Both the position numbers and the translations under genes were made by a program. From an uncultured bacterium (GTDB lineage Bacteria; CAYUVA01), in the NCBI GenBank assembly GCA_964448115.1, contig CAYUVA010000029.1, positions 7,125 to 56,265 of the forward strand: DNA of 49,141 nt, in the 5' to 3' direction. Shown piece after piece: positions 10,687 to 20,607 of the stretch (within the stretch, counting starts at the first letter, position 1; every line of letters starts with the position of its first letter). The notes under the pieces are model-generated. The model saw only the letters and a list, made by a program, of their open reading frames with translations. It was not told where the DNA came from and searched no databases.

Positions 10687-11901
10687 ATGGGCGACAAGAA
10701 ATACCCGCTAATTGAAGAACTGGAAAAGGGACCCTGGCCGAGCTTCGTTAAAGAAATCAAGAAAGCTGCGGCGAAAAACGAGATGGCTGAGGATCTCTTA
10801 GGGCAGTTGGAGACATCCTACGAGGAGAAGATAGGACACTGGAAGCACGGCGGAATCGTCGGCGTACTCGGTTACGGTGGTGGAGTAATCGGAAGATATT
10901 CCGATATCCCAGATAAGTACCCCAAGATATCACACTTCCACACCATGCGTATCAACATGCCCTCTGGTTGGTTCTACACCAGCGAGAAGCTCAGAACGAT
11001 ATGCGACATCTGGGATCGCCACGGCTCAGGCATAACTAACATGCACGGCTCTACAGGCGACATCATCTTTTTGGGCACTGTAACCGATGAGCTTGAGCCG
11101 ACCTTTGCAGATCTGACCAAAGCTGGATTCGACCTGGGTGGGTCTGGTTCGGTGCTGCGGACTCCCAGTGCCTGCAACGGCATGGCTCGCTGCGAGTGGG
11201 CTTGCTACGACACGCTCAAGGTCTGCAATGCGCTAACTCATGAGTACCAGGATGAGCTTCACCGCCCCATGTTCCCCTACAAGTTCAAGTTCAAGTTTGC
11301 CGGCTGCCCCAATGACTGCGTGGCTTCCATAGCCAGAGCGGATCTTTCGGTTATCGGCACCTGGCGAGATAACATCCAGATAGATCAGGACGCAGTAGCT
11401 GAATATGCCGCAACCGGCATGGATATTCAGGGCGATATCATCGAGAGATGCCCAACCAGATGTATGAAGTTCGACGGCAAGAAGATCCAGATTGACAACC
11501 GCTACTGTAACCGCTGTATGCACTGCATCAACAAGATGCCCAAGGCTCTAAAGCCTGGCAAAGACAGAGGCGCCTGCATCCTGCTCGGTGGCAAGGCTCC
11601 TATCATGGAAGGCGCGCTGCTTTCCTCGGTGCTGATTCCATTTATGAAGATCGAACCTCCCTACGACGAATTGAAGGATCTCATCGATCGCATCTGGGAG
11701 TTGTGGAGCGAGGAAGGTAAAAACCGGGAGCGCGTTGGCGAATATATGCAGCGCATCGGACTAGGAAACTTCCTAGAGGAGATCGGCGTTGAACCTCACC
11801 CGGATATGGTAAACCACCCCAGGGAGAACCCCTACATCTTCTTCGAGGAGTACCTCGTTGAGGATGATGAAGAAGAAGTTGAAGATGAAGAAGAAGAATA
11901 G
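10687..11901 (+). CDS. dsrA: Dissimilatory sulfite reductase alpha subunit.
   Basis: N-terminus [18 protein letters not shown] matches the DsrA consensus ...GPWPSFVSDIKQEAA. Also conserved: [48 protein letters not shown] and the ferredoxin-like CPTRCM...CNRCMHC. It ends in an unusual acidic tail, [13 protein letters not shown]. Confidence 0.95.
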   Translation: MGDKKYPLIEELEKGPWPSFVKEIKKAAAKNEMAEDLLGQLETSYEEKIGHWKHGGIVGVLGYGGGVIGRYSDIPDKYPKISHFHTMRINMPSGWFYTSEKLRTICDIWDRHGSGITNMHGSTGDIIFLGTVTDELEPTFADLTKAGFDLGGSGSVLRTPSACNGMARCEWACYDTLKVCNALTHEYQDELHRPMFPYKFKFKFAGCPNDCVASIARADLSVIGTWRDNIQIDQDAVAEYAATGMDIQGDIIERCPTRCMKFDGKKIQIDNRYCNRCMHCINKMPKALKPGKDRGACILLGGKAPIMEGALLSSVLIPFMKIEPPYDELKDLIDRIWELWSEEGKNRERVGEYMQRIGLGNFLEEIGVEPHPDMVNHPRENPYIFFEEYLVEDDEEEVEDEEEE

Positions 11902-11962
11902 AACAACCTGTTGGAAACAATGAAAGGTAACCATGAATTCAATCTTTCGGAGGTTAACATAA

Positions 11963-13036
11963 ATGGCTGAAGACAGAATCACCGATATTGGACCACCTAA
12001 TTACGAGGACTTTCTACCGCCGGTAATCAAGAAGAACTACGGCAAATGGAAGTACCATGAGATCATAAAAGCCGGGGTTATGTTCCATGAGGCAGAAAGT
12101 GGAGATCGGATCTACACGGTAAGAGCTGCTACTCCAAGATTGGCTGCAACCGCGACAATTAGGCTATTCGCCGACCTTGCTGACAAGTATTGCGACGGAT
12201 ACCTGCGATGGACCAGCCGCAACAATGTCGAGTTTCTACTTACCAATCCGGATAACATCGATCCCCTGATCGAGGATCTCCAGAAGGAAGGTTACCTGGT
12301 CGGCGGTATGGGCAGGGCTATCTCCAATATCGTGCATACCCAGGGCTGGGTACACTGCCACTCGGCAGCCACAGATGCATCTGGTATCGTCAAGTCGGTA
12401 ATGGATGAGCTGGCTGAATACTTTACTACTAAGGATCTTCCAGGCAAACTGAGAATTGCCTTGGCTTGCTGCCTGAACATGTGCGGCGCAGTGCATTGCT
12501 CGGATATAGCCATCTTGGGTGTTCACAGAAGACCACCGACCATCCTGCACGACACTCTGCGCAAGCTGTGCGAGATCCCGACCACCATCGCCTCCTGCCC
12601 GACAGGTGCTATTCGGACGGCAACGGTAAACGGGCAACCGAGCGTCGAAGTTGAGGAGGATCTCTGCATGTTCTGTGCGAACTGCTATACGGTCTGCCCC
12701 TCCATGCCTCTTAACGATCCGCTCAACGATGGTCTGTCAATCTGGGTTGGTGGCAAGGTCTCCAATGCAAGGAGCGCTCCCAAGTTCTCCAAGCTGGCAA
12801 TTCCTTATATTCCAAATAATCCACCGAGGTGGCCCGAGGTGGTTGATGCTGTAAAGAAAATCGTCGAGGTCTGGCTGAAGAATGCCAAGAAGGATGAAAG
12901 ACTCGGTGAGCTTATCGATAGGATCGGCTGGACAAGGTTCTTCAAAATGGCTGATATCGAGTTCACCAAGTATCATATCGATGATTTCAAGTTTGCTGGT
13001 ACAACCTACAAGAAGACCACCCAACTATTCTACTAG
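11963..13036 (+). CDS. dsrB: Dissimilatory sulfite reductase beta subunit.
   Basis: Conserved DsrB motifs: [68 protein letters not shown]. The GGAGG RBS lies 8 bp upstream. Confidence 0.95.
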   Translation: MAEDRITDIGPPNYEDFLPPVIKKNYGKWKYHEIIKAGVMFHEAESGDRIYTVRAATPRLAATATIRLFADLADKYCDGYLRWTSRNNVEFLLTNPDNIDPLIEDLQKEGYLVGGMGRAISNIVHTQGWVHCHSAATDASGIVKSVMDELAEYFTTKDLPGKLRIALACCLNMCGAVHCSDIAILGVHRRPPTILHDTLRKLCEIPTTIASCPTGAIRTATVNGQPSVEVEEDLCMFCANCYTVCPSMPLNDPLNDGLSIWVGGKVSNARSAPKFSKLAIPYIPNNPPRWPEVVDAVKKIVEVWLKNAKKDERLGELIDRIGWTRFFKMADIEFTKYHIDDFKFAGTTYKKTTQLFY

Positions 13037-13048
13037 GGGTGAAAAGCT

Positions 13049-13300
13049 ATGGGTAAACCTACAATTGATGAATTGGCTGATGCCATGTATGAGATGGTCA
13101 AGGAAGCCACTGGGCGCAAGAAGCTCAAGCCTATGGATCTTATAAAGGCAGCCAAAGATAAGTTTGGCGATGAGAATGTTGATAAGAAAGATGGCAAAAA
13201 AGCTATAAACAAGCTCATCGATGAAGGTCGTTGCGTTTACACCTACTTTGGGGGCAGCTTCGTAGAACTGCCTCACAAGGACGGCGCTGCCAACGAATAG
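13049..13300 (+). CDS. dsrD: DsrD, the small winged-helix protein of reductive dsr operons.
   Basis: 83-aa Lys-rich protein immediately after dsrB. The C-terminal YTYFGGSF pattern resembles the DsrD ...YWSSGSTTMY... region. Its position matches the usual dsrABD order. Confidence 0.8.
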   Translation: MGKPTIDELADAMYEMVKEATGRKKLKPMDLIKAAKDKFGDENVDKKDGKKAINKLIDEGRCVYTYFGGSFVELPHKDGAANE

Positions 13301-13356
13301 ATCGCCAGGCCATCGTTTGAAATAAGAACAACATAAGCCGATTCAGTTAAAATTAT

Positions 13357-13399
13357 GGAACAGGGAACTTTTCATAGTATAGTTCTCTGTTCCTTTTTT
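13357..13399 (+). terminator. Putative intrinsic terminator/attenuator between dsrD and dsrN.
   Basis: GGAACAGGGAACT...AGTTCTCTGTTCC forms a stem of about 12 bp with one mismatch and an 11-nt loop. It is followed directly by TTTTTTC. Confidence 0.55.
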
Positions 13400-13404
13400 C
13401 TTGT

Positions 13405-14871
13405 ATGAACCAAGGCAATAAATTAAAGAAAAACTCTAAGGATATAGAATTATCTTCCGATGAAAGCAGATATAATTCAGCACCTCTCCCCTACCCTCGC
13501 ATTGTGATAGCTGGGGCGAGTGGAGATTCGGGCAAGACCCTGATTTCACTCGGATTGTTATCTTATTTCTTAAGTCAAGGCATGTCCCTGGCTGCCTTCA
13601 AGAAGGGACCAGATTACATAGACTCAGCCTGGCTCGGAGAGGCTATACAGGGCAAGGCACGCAATCTCGACCCCTTTCTTATGGGGGAAGATTCCCTGCT
13701 TAGTTGCTTCTTGACAAGCGCATCAGGGAAGGAATTGAGCATTATCGAGGGAAATCGTGGTTTATGCGATGGTGTTGATGTGGAGGGGAGCTTCAGCACT
13801 GCCAAGCTCGCCAGATTGCTGGATGCACCGGTTATCCTGATAGTAAATGTAACCAAGATGACGCGGACATGCGCAGCATTGGTGCTCGGCTGCAAGATGA
13901 TGGAACCGGAGGTAAACATTGCCGGGGTGATCCTTAACAAGGTAGCCGGAACCAGGCATGGCAGGGTGGCAGGTCAAGCTATCGAATCTTACACCGGCAT
14001 CCCTATAGTCGGCAGCGTGCCCAAATTATCCGAAGACTTTCTTCCCAGCAGGCACCTCGGCTTGATAATGCCTCGTGAGCATCCCAGGTTCGGCGATATG
14101 ATACATCGAATCGAGTCGAAGATCATCGATCACATCAATGTAGATCGCATCTTAGAGATAGCTCGCTCTGCAAGCGTAATGCAATCGGTTCCAGTTGACC
14201 TGTTTGGTGAGGCAGTTGCTGATGAAAAGTCGGTGCGCATCGCCTTTTTTTGCGACCAGGCTTTTTCTTTTTATTATCCTGAAAATCTGGAAGCACTCGT
14301 GCATCACGGCGCTGAGCTGGTGCCCGTGTCCTCCATAGATGCTGATCAGCTACCGAATGATATCCAGGGGCTTTATATAGGCGGTGGATTTCCTGAGCTT
14401 CTCGCCGAGCGCGTCTCCTCCAACCAATCGTTGCGTCGTTCTGTAAAGGATGCTGCCGAGGCAGGCTTACCTATCTATGCGGAATGTGGCGGGATGGTGT
14501 ATCTTTCTGATGAGCTTTTCTGGGAGGAGCGACAGTTCCCCATGGCAGGCGTGCTTCCAATCAGCATTCGTATGCACCCTAAGCCGCAAGGGCACGGGTA
14601 TTCAGAGATTTTGGTGGATAGAGACAACCCGTTTTTCAACATGGGCGAACGCCTTTTGGGGCATGAATTTCACTACTCGCGCATAGTATCGGGATTCGAG
14701 AAGATATACACGGTCTATAAACTAAAGAAAGGAACCGGCTGCTACGAGATGCGCGATGGGATTACATACAAGAATGTCCTGGCAAGCTATGTGCATCTTC
14801 ATGCTCTTGGATCAAGCAGTTGGGCGCCCGGTTTCGTACAAGCAGCAGTTCGATATAAAAAAGGATCATAA
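13405..14871 (+). CDS. dsrN: DsrN, a CbiA/CobB-like siroheme amidase (cobyrinic acid a,c-diamide synthase homologue).
   Basis: P-loop region IVIAGASGDSGKT plus a C-terminal glutamine amidotransferase domain (YAECGGMVYL, GHEFHYS). It lies directly downstream of dsrABD. It has an N-terminal extension of about 30 aa. Confidence 0.8.
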   Translation: MNQGNKLKKNSKDIELSSDESRYNSAPLPYPRIVIAGASGDSGKTLISLGLLSYFLSQGMSLAAFKKGPDYIDSAWLGEAIQGKARNLDPFLMGEDSLLSCFLTSASGKELSIIEGNRGLCDGVDVEGSFSTAKLARLLDAPVILIVNVTKMTRTCAALVLGCKMMEPEVNIAGVILNKVAGTRHGRVAGQAIESYTGIPIVGSVPKLSEDFLPSRHLGLIMPREHPRFGDMIHRIESKIIDHINVDRILEIARSASVMQSVPVDLFGEAVADEKSVRIAFFCDQAFSFYYPENLEALVHHGAELVPVSSIDADQLPNDIQGLYIGGGFPELLAERVSSNQSLRRSVKDAAEAGLPIYAECGGMVYLSDELFWEERQFPMAGVLPISIRMHPKPQGHGYSEILVDRDNPFFNMGERLLGHEFHYSRIVSGFEKIYTVYKLKKGTGCYEMRDGITYKNVLASYVHLHALGSSSWAPGFVQAAVRYKKGS

Positions 14872-15933
14872 GAAACCTTGTCCCTTCAGAATCTCCATCA
14901 GGTATCTACCTGTTTTTGAGATATCCCATTTTTTATGATGATCAGGAGCAAGGCTGCACAGGCTCTCATAAAGCGATTCGCTTTCCATGATCCGGAAAAT
15001 AAGCTCTGCTATCGTGGCATGATCCTTTTTATGTATCAAAATCCCCGCATTTTGGAGCGTATCGGGAATAGCGCCTGCCGCATAGGCAATAATAGGCAGC
15101 CCAAAGTAGTTCGCCTCCAACAAGGGCACACAGAATCCCTCGTGTTCGCTCATCGAGATGAGCAGATGGCTGTTACGCATCAGGGTGCAAAGGTCGCGGT
15201 GATCCAGCTTACCCATGAAATAAGCCTCGTGTAGATGCAGCCGCTCAGCCATATTAAGAAGCCTGTAATAATAGCTTTCCAGGTGATCGAACTTGCCGAC
15301 CATGATTAGTCTTGCTCGATCGGTCAAAGTCCGGCTCAGGATCGCAAATATCTTCAGGATATCCTCATAGCACTTGTTTGGCGATATCCGTCCCACATGA
15401 AGTATATTGAAGCGACCATCGTCGAATATGCTTTTAAGCACTGGATTATCGGGCACATCGAACTTCGAGTAATCAACCCCAAAGGGGAGCACATCGGTGT
15501 TTTGAAAGCCCCGCTCTTTCAGTTCACTCTCATTAAAAGCCGAATCTGCAAGCGCGAGGTCCACAGTCTCTTTAAGATACGCAAGATGATCCCTCCCTGC
15601 AATCGACATGCGCACCAGCACCTCGTCTAGCTCCTTGAAGTACTTTGCCGGGGTAACATTGTGATAGATCATCACCTTTTTCCCCTTGGCATCATGCAGT
15701 TGGTGGGACAGGAAGCTGGGTATGGCGTAATGGAGAATATTTATCGCATCCTCGGTGTCATACTCGGCAAAGCGTCTGCTCGGGATGCCCAATGGCGCTC
15801 GCGGGGGGTCGGCATCGATATAAAATACATTCGATTCGAATCCCTGCCCTGCAAAGAAGCGCATCAAAGCAAGCGCATTATCGCCGGTGGCATCACCATC
15901 GTGCCAGGCGGGCAACATCTGGTTTATTCGCAT
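14866..15933 (-). CDS. Glycosyltransferase family 1 (GT4-like).
   Basis: EHEGFCVPLLEA motif and Rossmann-like GT-B features. It is a paralogue of the next gene. Confidence 0.85.
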   Translation of the reverse strand: MRINQMLPAWHDGDATGDNALALMRFFAGQGFESNVFYIDADPPRAPLGIPSRRFAEYDTEDAINILHYAIPSFLSHQLHDAKGKKVMIYHNVTPAKYFKELDEVLVRMSIAGRDHLAYLKETVDLALADSAFNESELKERGFQNTDVLPFGVDYSKFDVPDNPVLKSIFDDGRFNILHVGRISPNKCYEDILKIFAILSRTLTDRARLIMVGKFDHLESYYYRLLNMAERLHLHEAYFMGKLDHRDLCTLMRNSHLLISMSEHEGFCVPLLEANYFGLPIIAYAAGAIPDTLQNAGILIHKKDHATIAELIFRIMESESLYESLCSLAPDHHKKWDISKTGRYLMEILKGQGFL

Positions 15934-17002
15934 CTAGAGCCTCGTCTATAATTTTTTTTAATTTAGACTCAAAGTCATAATCCTCAAGTTGTACAAGCCT
16001 TTGTCGCTGGGTTTTAATTACCTCTTGAGAAAGCTTCTCATCGGTACATAGCTTTGATACCAGCCCGGCGATCTCCGGGGGATTCTTTATCGTTAATCGT
16101 ATCCCCGCATTGCCCATAGTTTCGGGTATGGCTCCAGCCAGGTAGGCAATGACCGGGATGTCCGCCTGGAAAGCCTCTATCAGGGGTACGCAGAAGCCCT
16201 CATGTTCGCTGAGGCACAGGAAGACATCTGCCAATTGATAATAAGCAGCCAGGTCTCCATCGCTGATATGCCCGGTGAAATATACATCGCTGAGGCTATA
16301 TTTCTCCTTGAGGCTCAGCAGCTTGTAGTAGTATGGCTTAAAGGGTCCATGATCACCGACTACAAAGAGCCTAGCGTTTGGATGATATTGGCGCTTGAGA
16401 TAGTAAAATACTTCCAGGAGATCCTCCTGTTTCTTATTTGGAGTTATTCGCCCCACGAATATGATGTTAGGGCCACGGCCGGCAAACATTCTTATGATGG
16501 TGGGATTCGGGGCAACCCTTGAGGTAACCGGCTGCACCTTTATGGGCAAAACATCTGTGTCATCGAACCCTAGATGTTCAAGGTCTTTGCGGTTGAACTC
16601 AGAGTCTCCCACCGCGATAGTGCATCGCTTGGATAGCTGCACCAGCCGCCGCCACCCCTCTAAGGTGCGATTCACCAGCTCATCATTAACGCCATAAAAG
16701 TACTTAGCGGGCGTCATGTTATGGTAGATAAGCACCAGGCGGTTGGGCATCTTGTAGAGATACTCAGAGATGATGCCACCCACGCTATAGTGGTAAATAA
16801 GGATATCATCGCCGCCGTTCTCCGTGGGATAATCGACGAATCTTTTCGCTAATCCCCTGACCTTGGGGTGGATCACCTCGGCGAAGATCTCGGATTCAAA
16901 TCCCCATCCCATAAGCACCCTCTGGATATAAAGTGCATAATTGCCGATTGCATCTCCAAAGGAGAAGCCGGGCATGAACTGATGTACGGCAGGCTTGGTC
17001 AA
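15893..17002 (-). CDS. Glycosyltransferase family 1 (GT4-like), tandem paralogue.
   Basis: EHEGFCVPLIEA plus shared HNMTPAKYF and GRI(S/T)PNK motifs with the preceding gene. Confidence 0.85.
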   Translation of the reverse strand: MTKPAVHQFMPGFSFGDAIGNYALYIQRVLMGWGFESEIFAEVIHPKVRGLAKRFVDYPTENGGDDILIYHYSVGGIISEYLYKMPNRLVLIYHNMTPAKYFYGVNDELVNRTLEGWRRLVQLSKRCTIAVGDSEFNRKDLEHLGFDDTDVLPIKVQPVTSRVAPNPTIIRMFAGRGPNIIFVGRITPNKKQEDLLEVFYYLKRQYHPNARLFVVGDHGPFKPYYYKLLSLKEKYSLSDVYFTGHISDGDLAAYYQLADVFLCLSEHEGFCVPLIEAFQADIPVIAYLAGAIPETMGNAGIRLTIKNPPEIAGLVSKLCTDEKLSQEVIKTQRQRLVQLEDYDFESKLKKIIDEALDANKPDVARLARW

Positions 17003-18192
17003 CGACCGAGCACCTCCTCGATAAGCGAGACGATCTTGTCCTCGATGGTCTGCCAGTTATAGTTTTCTTTTATGTAAGCACATCCGGATTCTCCCATTCG
17101 TTGCCTTATCTGCGGGTTTTTCAAGAGAAACTCCACGGTAGCACGAAACTCTGGGTAATTCTCATAATAAAGCCCGCCGTTGCTTCTTATGGTCTGTCCC
17201 TTAGTTACCGCACAGCGTCCGTTTACCAGGGTTGCCTTGCCCATAACCCATGCCTCCAGGATTACAATCGACAAGCTCTCGTAGAAGCTAGGGAGAATGA
17301 GAAATTCACAGGCTGATAGCGCATCGTACTTGTCCTGATCATCGATGTAGCCAATATGTCGAATCTTGGGGTGTTCAGGGATAGAAAGAGCAGGGGTTCC
17401 AGCCAAAACCAAATGGACATCGAGCGCGGCGTTATCCATCAGCCGGGTAAAATAGGTAAAAAGCTCCTCGCAGCCCTTGTTTCGGTCTATCCTGCCAATA
17501 TATAGAACGAACGGTTCAGTGATATTATAATTTTTCCGAAATCGCTCCCCATCAACACTAGCGGGAGGATCAATAGGAGAGCCGATGATGCGGTTGGGTA
17601 TTTTATCTGCCGGTGAAAAGCGCAGTACCAGCTCTCTCTCCTCTGGGGTCAGGTAAAGTATCCCAGCAACCTTGGGGAAGATCTCCTTGAATATCTCCAA
17701 TCGCAGTGCGGGATCGTCCTCTGCGGTGGGGACGAGGATTGTCTTTCCAGGCAGCATGGTTACGGTCTGGTAGGCAGTGTAATATCGAAAGCTGTAGGCG
17801 ATGATGCCATGAAATAGATGATGGTCTTTCTTGAGATACTTCACCAGGGCGGGGCAGTAGGGACCATTTTCCTTTACCCATTGCAGTTCCTGCTTCCGGG
17901 TGTGTTCAGTCTCGAATACATCAGCGGACAGCCAACTGAAGCGCCTGAGTCTCCTTTGCCTTTTAACCTTGAAGCGAGTAACCTTGATATTGTTTACCAG
18001 GTCATCTCCAGGCGGATATTTATTGCTCCAGCTTATGTAATCCTCGGCACAGGTGGTCAGAACATGGATTTCATACTTGTCTGATAATCTTTCAGCGATC
18101 CAGCGACAGTGGGTCTCAGCCCCGCCGCCTACCTCAAGCCCATAGCGCTGAACAACAAAGGCAAGTCGTTTTTTTGCTTGTTTTGCTTTCAT
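16999..18192 (-). CDS. Glycosyltransferase family 1.
   Basis: GT-B C-terminal motif ESLSIVILEAWVMGKATLVN and the nucleotide-sugar-binding E-x7-E region. The N-terminus carries a GGGAETH-type motif. Confidence 0.8.
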   Translation of the reverse strand: MKAKQAKKRLAFVVQRYGLEVGGGAETHCRWIAERLSDKYEIHVLTTCAEDYISWSNKYPPGDDLVNNIKVTRFKVKRQRRLRRFSWLSADVFETEHTRKQELQWVKENGPYCPALVKYLKKDHHLFHGIIAYSFRYYTAYQTVTMLPGKTILVPTAEDDPALRLEIFKEIFPKVAGILYLTPEERELVLRFSPADKIPNRIIGSPIDPPASVDGERFRKNYNITEPFVLYIGRIDRNKGCEELFTYFTRLMDNAALDVHLVLAGTPALSIPEHPKIRHIGYIDDQDKYDALSACEFLILPSFYESLSIVILEAWVMGKATLVNGRCAVTKGQTIRSNGGLYYENYPEFRATVEFLLKNPQIRQRMGESGCAYIKENYNWQTIEDKIVSLIEEVLGR

Positions 18193-18719
18193 TGCTGCTT
18201 TTCAGGGGGAAAGACGAGTTCTTCGAGCGCTTTTTCCCGTTTCTTGAGTATCTCCAGCTCCCCCTCCAAATGCAGGATTCTATGCTCCAGGTTCTTTTTT
18301 TCTATCTCTGATTTGGTTAACTCGAAGGTCAAATTGTGCAAGATATGCGCATAGTAAAAATTTAGCCAATACTGTCTCTTAAAATTCTCCTCGGTGAACT
18401 CGATGAACCATCGAATGAGGGGTCTTACGATCTTCCTTTTAAATAGAACAATAAGCCTGCCAATCCCCTTGCGGTGTGATTTAATTTGGTGGCGGACGCT
18501 GATATTCCACTTCCCTTCGGCGCTGTGGAACTCCTGGAGTATCTCCATATCGAGATCCGGCGCCTTGTAGATCTTTTCGAGCTTGGCTTGTGCTATCTGC
18601 TGGATCTCCTCCTCGTAATATCTACCCTCTTGCTTCCTTTTTTCTATATCGCGGCGGATATCTTCCATTATCTTTTCGATATTGACCTTATCGCTGTTAA
18701 GCTCGAAGGTGTTCTCCAT
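18189..18719 (-). CDS. Hypothetical coiled-coil protein.
   Basis: Highly charged heptad-like sequence (EKRKQEGRYYEEEIQQIAQAKLEKIYK ... LEHRILHLEGELEILKKREKALEEL). It is translationally coupled to the upstream GT. Confidence 0.5.
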   Translation of the reverse strand: MENTFELNSDKVNIEKIMEDIRRDIEKRKQEGRYYEEEIQQIAQAKLEKIYKAPDLDMEILQEFHSAEGKWNISVRHQIKSHRKGIGRLIVLFKRKIVRPLIRWFIEFTEENFKRQYWLNFYYAHILHNLTFELTKSEIEKKNLEHRILHLEGELEILKKREKALEELVFPPEKQQ

Positions 18720-18937
18720 GATACAAGCTCCTTAGCATTTATTTTTCATTTAGGCTCAAAGCGATGTTATCTAATTTTAGGCTTTTAGTAAATCATCATA
18801 ATAGGGCTATACATATTAAAGACTATTAAACCACAAAGCATGCCCTAGTTCAGAGCAATGGGCACAAAGTCCTTTGAATGCCGGGTAAGAAAATGATAGA
18901 TCTTGAATGCTGAAGAGAACCTCGAACTGCTGGCAAA

Positions 18938-19693
18938 ATGGCAACTAAAGAGATCATCGGTACTGTCAAGAAAGCCCTGAATGATATTGAACCTGATGGC
19001 AAGCTGCTGCTCGATGTGAGTTGCGGCAAGGGAGAACTCCTGTTAGCGCTCAAGGACTCTGGCTTCAAGCTAAGGGGAACCAGGCTGGAGCGGAAATACT
19101 TCGGATTCGTGGATCTGCTTGATGGCACTGGTATCAAGGTCGATGAGCCGGTTGACCTTCTCGAGGGTCTTCCCTACCCTGATAGCTCGGTCGATGTAGT
19201 TGTCTGCATCGAGGTGCTCGAACACCTGGAGAATCATCGCCGGGCAATATCAGAGCTTTCCAGGGTGCTAAAAGCAGGAGGAATATTGATCCTGAGCACG
19301 CCGAACATCATGCGCCTGACCTCAAGGCTGCACTTTTTGTTGACCGGTTTGCACAAGGCGAGGCGCCCCGCCATCCCTTACCAAACTTCACTTGAGGAAT
19401 CGATGCGATATCATAACTACCCAGCGTACTTGCCAGTTCTGGATTATTTACTTTACGCACATCGGCTCGATATCGTCGAATTTCTCCCCTGTAACATCAA
19501 GGCGCCAGCAAGGGTGCTTTATTACTTGCTTTATCCGGCGATCATGCTTGATACATGGTTTACATTGCGCTTCAGGGAAATGGAGCTTGCAGCAAGCGGA
19601 GATTGGCGACGATTATTCAGGATGCTGACCAATCCTTATGTATTGGTGGGAGATCTTATTTTCATTAAAGCCATAAAGCTGCCGTTTAACTAA
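18938..19693 (+). CDS. Class I SAM-dependent methyltransferase.
   Basis: Motif I LLDVSCGKGELLLAL, post-I acidic residue, and motif IV GGILILSTPN. Confidence 0.75.
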   Translation: MATKEIIGTVKKALNDIEPDGKLLLDVSCGKGELLLALKDSGFKLRGTRLERKYFGFVDLLDGTGIKVDEPVDLLEGLPYPDSSVDVVVCIEVLEHLENHRRAISELSRVLKAGGILILSTPNIMRLTSRLHFLLTGLHKARRPAIPYQTSLEESMRYHNYPAYLPVLDYLLYAHRLDIVEFLPCNIKAPARVLYYLLYPAIMLDTWFTLRFREMELAASGDWRRLFRMLTNPYVLVGDLIFIKAIKLPFN

Positions 19694-19694
19694 C

Positions 19695-20480
19695 TCAAAT
19701 ATTGAAGATATTTATACCCGTAACAGCTGATGCAGCCCTCTTAAACGCTTCCTTGTCTCCAGAACAAATAAACTGTAACTTCCCATTAGATTCAGGGGGT
19801 ATCTTAAGCGAATTATATACCCTGACTGCCTGTTTTGCGACCGCCTCGGCAGGGCTGAAGATCCTGATATCGTAAGGGGCAAGCTCCCTTATCAGTGGGG
19901 TCAGAAAATGATAATGCGTACATCCAAGAACCAAATTTTCAACACCCTGGCTAAAAATTGGGTCAAGGATCCTCTTTAGTATATCCCTTGCGACATCGCC
20001 GTTGACCTCTCCCTTTTCCACAAGCTTGGCAAGCCCTGCGGTGCAATGTGTATATACCATGCGGTCATCCGCGAAGCGCTTGAGCAGATCGCGGTATTTT
20101 TTTCCCTCTGAGGTGGTCTGGGTCAACAGGATAGCCACCGCTTCATTGCTGTTAACCGATGCTGGCTTCACCGCTGGCTCCACGCCGACAAAGGGTAGAT
20201 CAAAACGCCGGCGAAGATGCTCGATGGCAGCGACGGTGGCTGTATTGCAGGCGACCACGATCATAGCAGCTCCCATTGATTTGAGCATCTGTGTAATAGT
20301 GCTGCTAAACTCGATGATCTCCTTACTGGTTCGCTCGCCATAAGGGAAATGCGCATTATCGCCATAGTAAACGATATCTGCATCCGGCAGAAGCCTCCTC
20401 ACCTCAAGCAATATGGAAAGCCCACCGATACCGCTATCGAACATACCGATCATGAGGATGCGATCGTAGCAGAAAACCAA
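19695..20480 (-). CDS. murI: Glutamate racemase.
   Basis: Conserved FDSGIGGLSIL, VVACNTAT and LVLGCTHY motifs. The real start may be the internal Met (MIGMFDSG). Confidence 0.85.
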   Translation of the reverse strand: MVFCYDRILMIGMFDSGIGGLSILLEVRRLLPDADIVYYGDNAHFPYGERTSKEIIEFSSTITQMLKSMGAAMIVVACNTATVAAIEHLRRRFDLPFVGVEPAVKPASVNSNEAVAILLTQTTSEGKKYRDLLKRFADDRMVYTHCTAGLAKLVEKGEVNGDVARDILKRILDPIFSQGVENLVLGCTHYHFLTPLIRELAPYDIRIFSPAEAVAKQAVRVYNSLKIPPESNGKLQFICSGDKEAFKRAASAVTGINIFNI

Positions 20481-20607
20481 CCGCTATTGTACCCGCACAA
20501 GCATTAATATACAGAGGTGCGCATGTTTTTTTCCTTATGGCTTGCCTTATGCCCCATAACATGTAAGTAGGGCCGAAGCCTAATAAAATCAGGCTGCATC
20601 ACTTCCC

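Noticed and set aside
13405-14871. Cobalamin-biosynthesis CbiA/CobB.
   Set aside because: Its position immediately after dsrABD fits DsrN (siroheme amidase). No other cbi genes are nearby.
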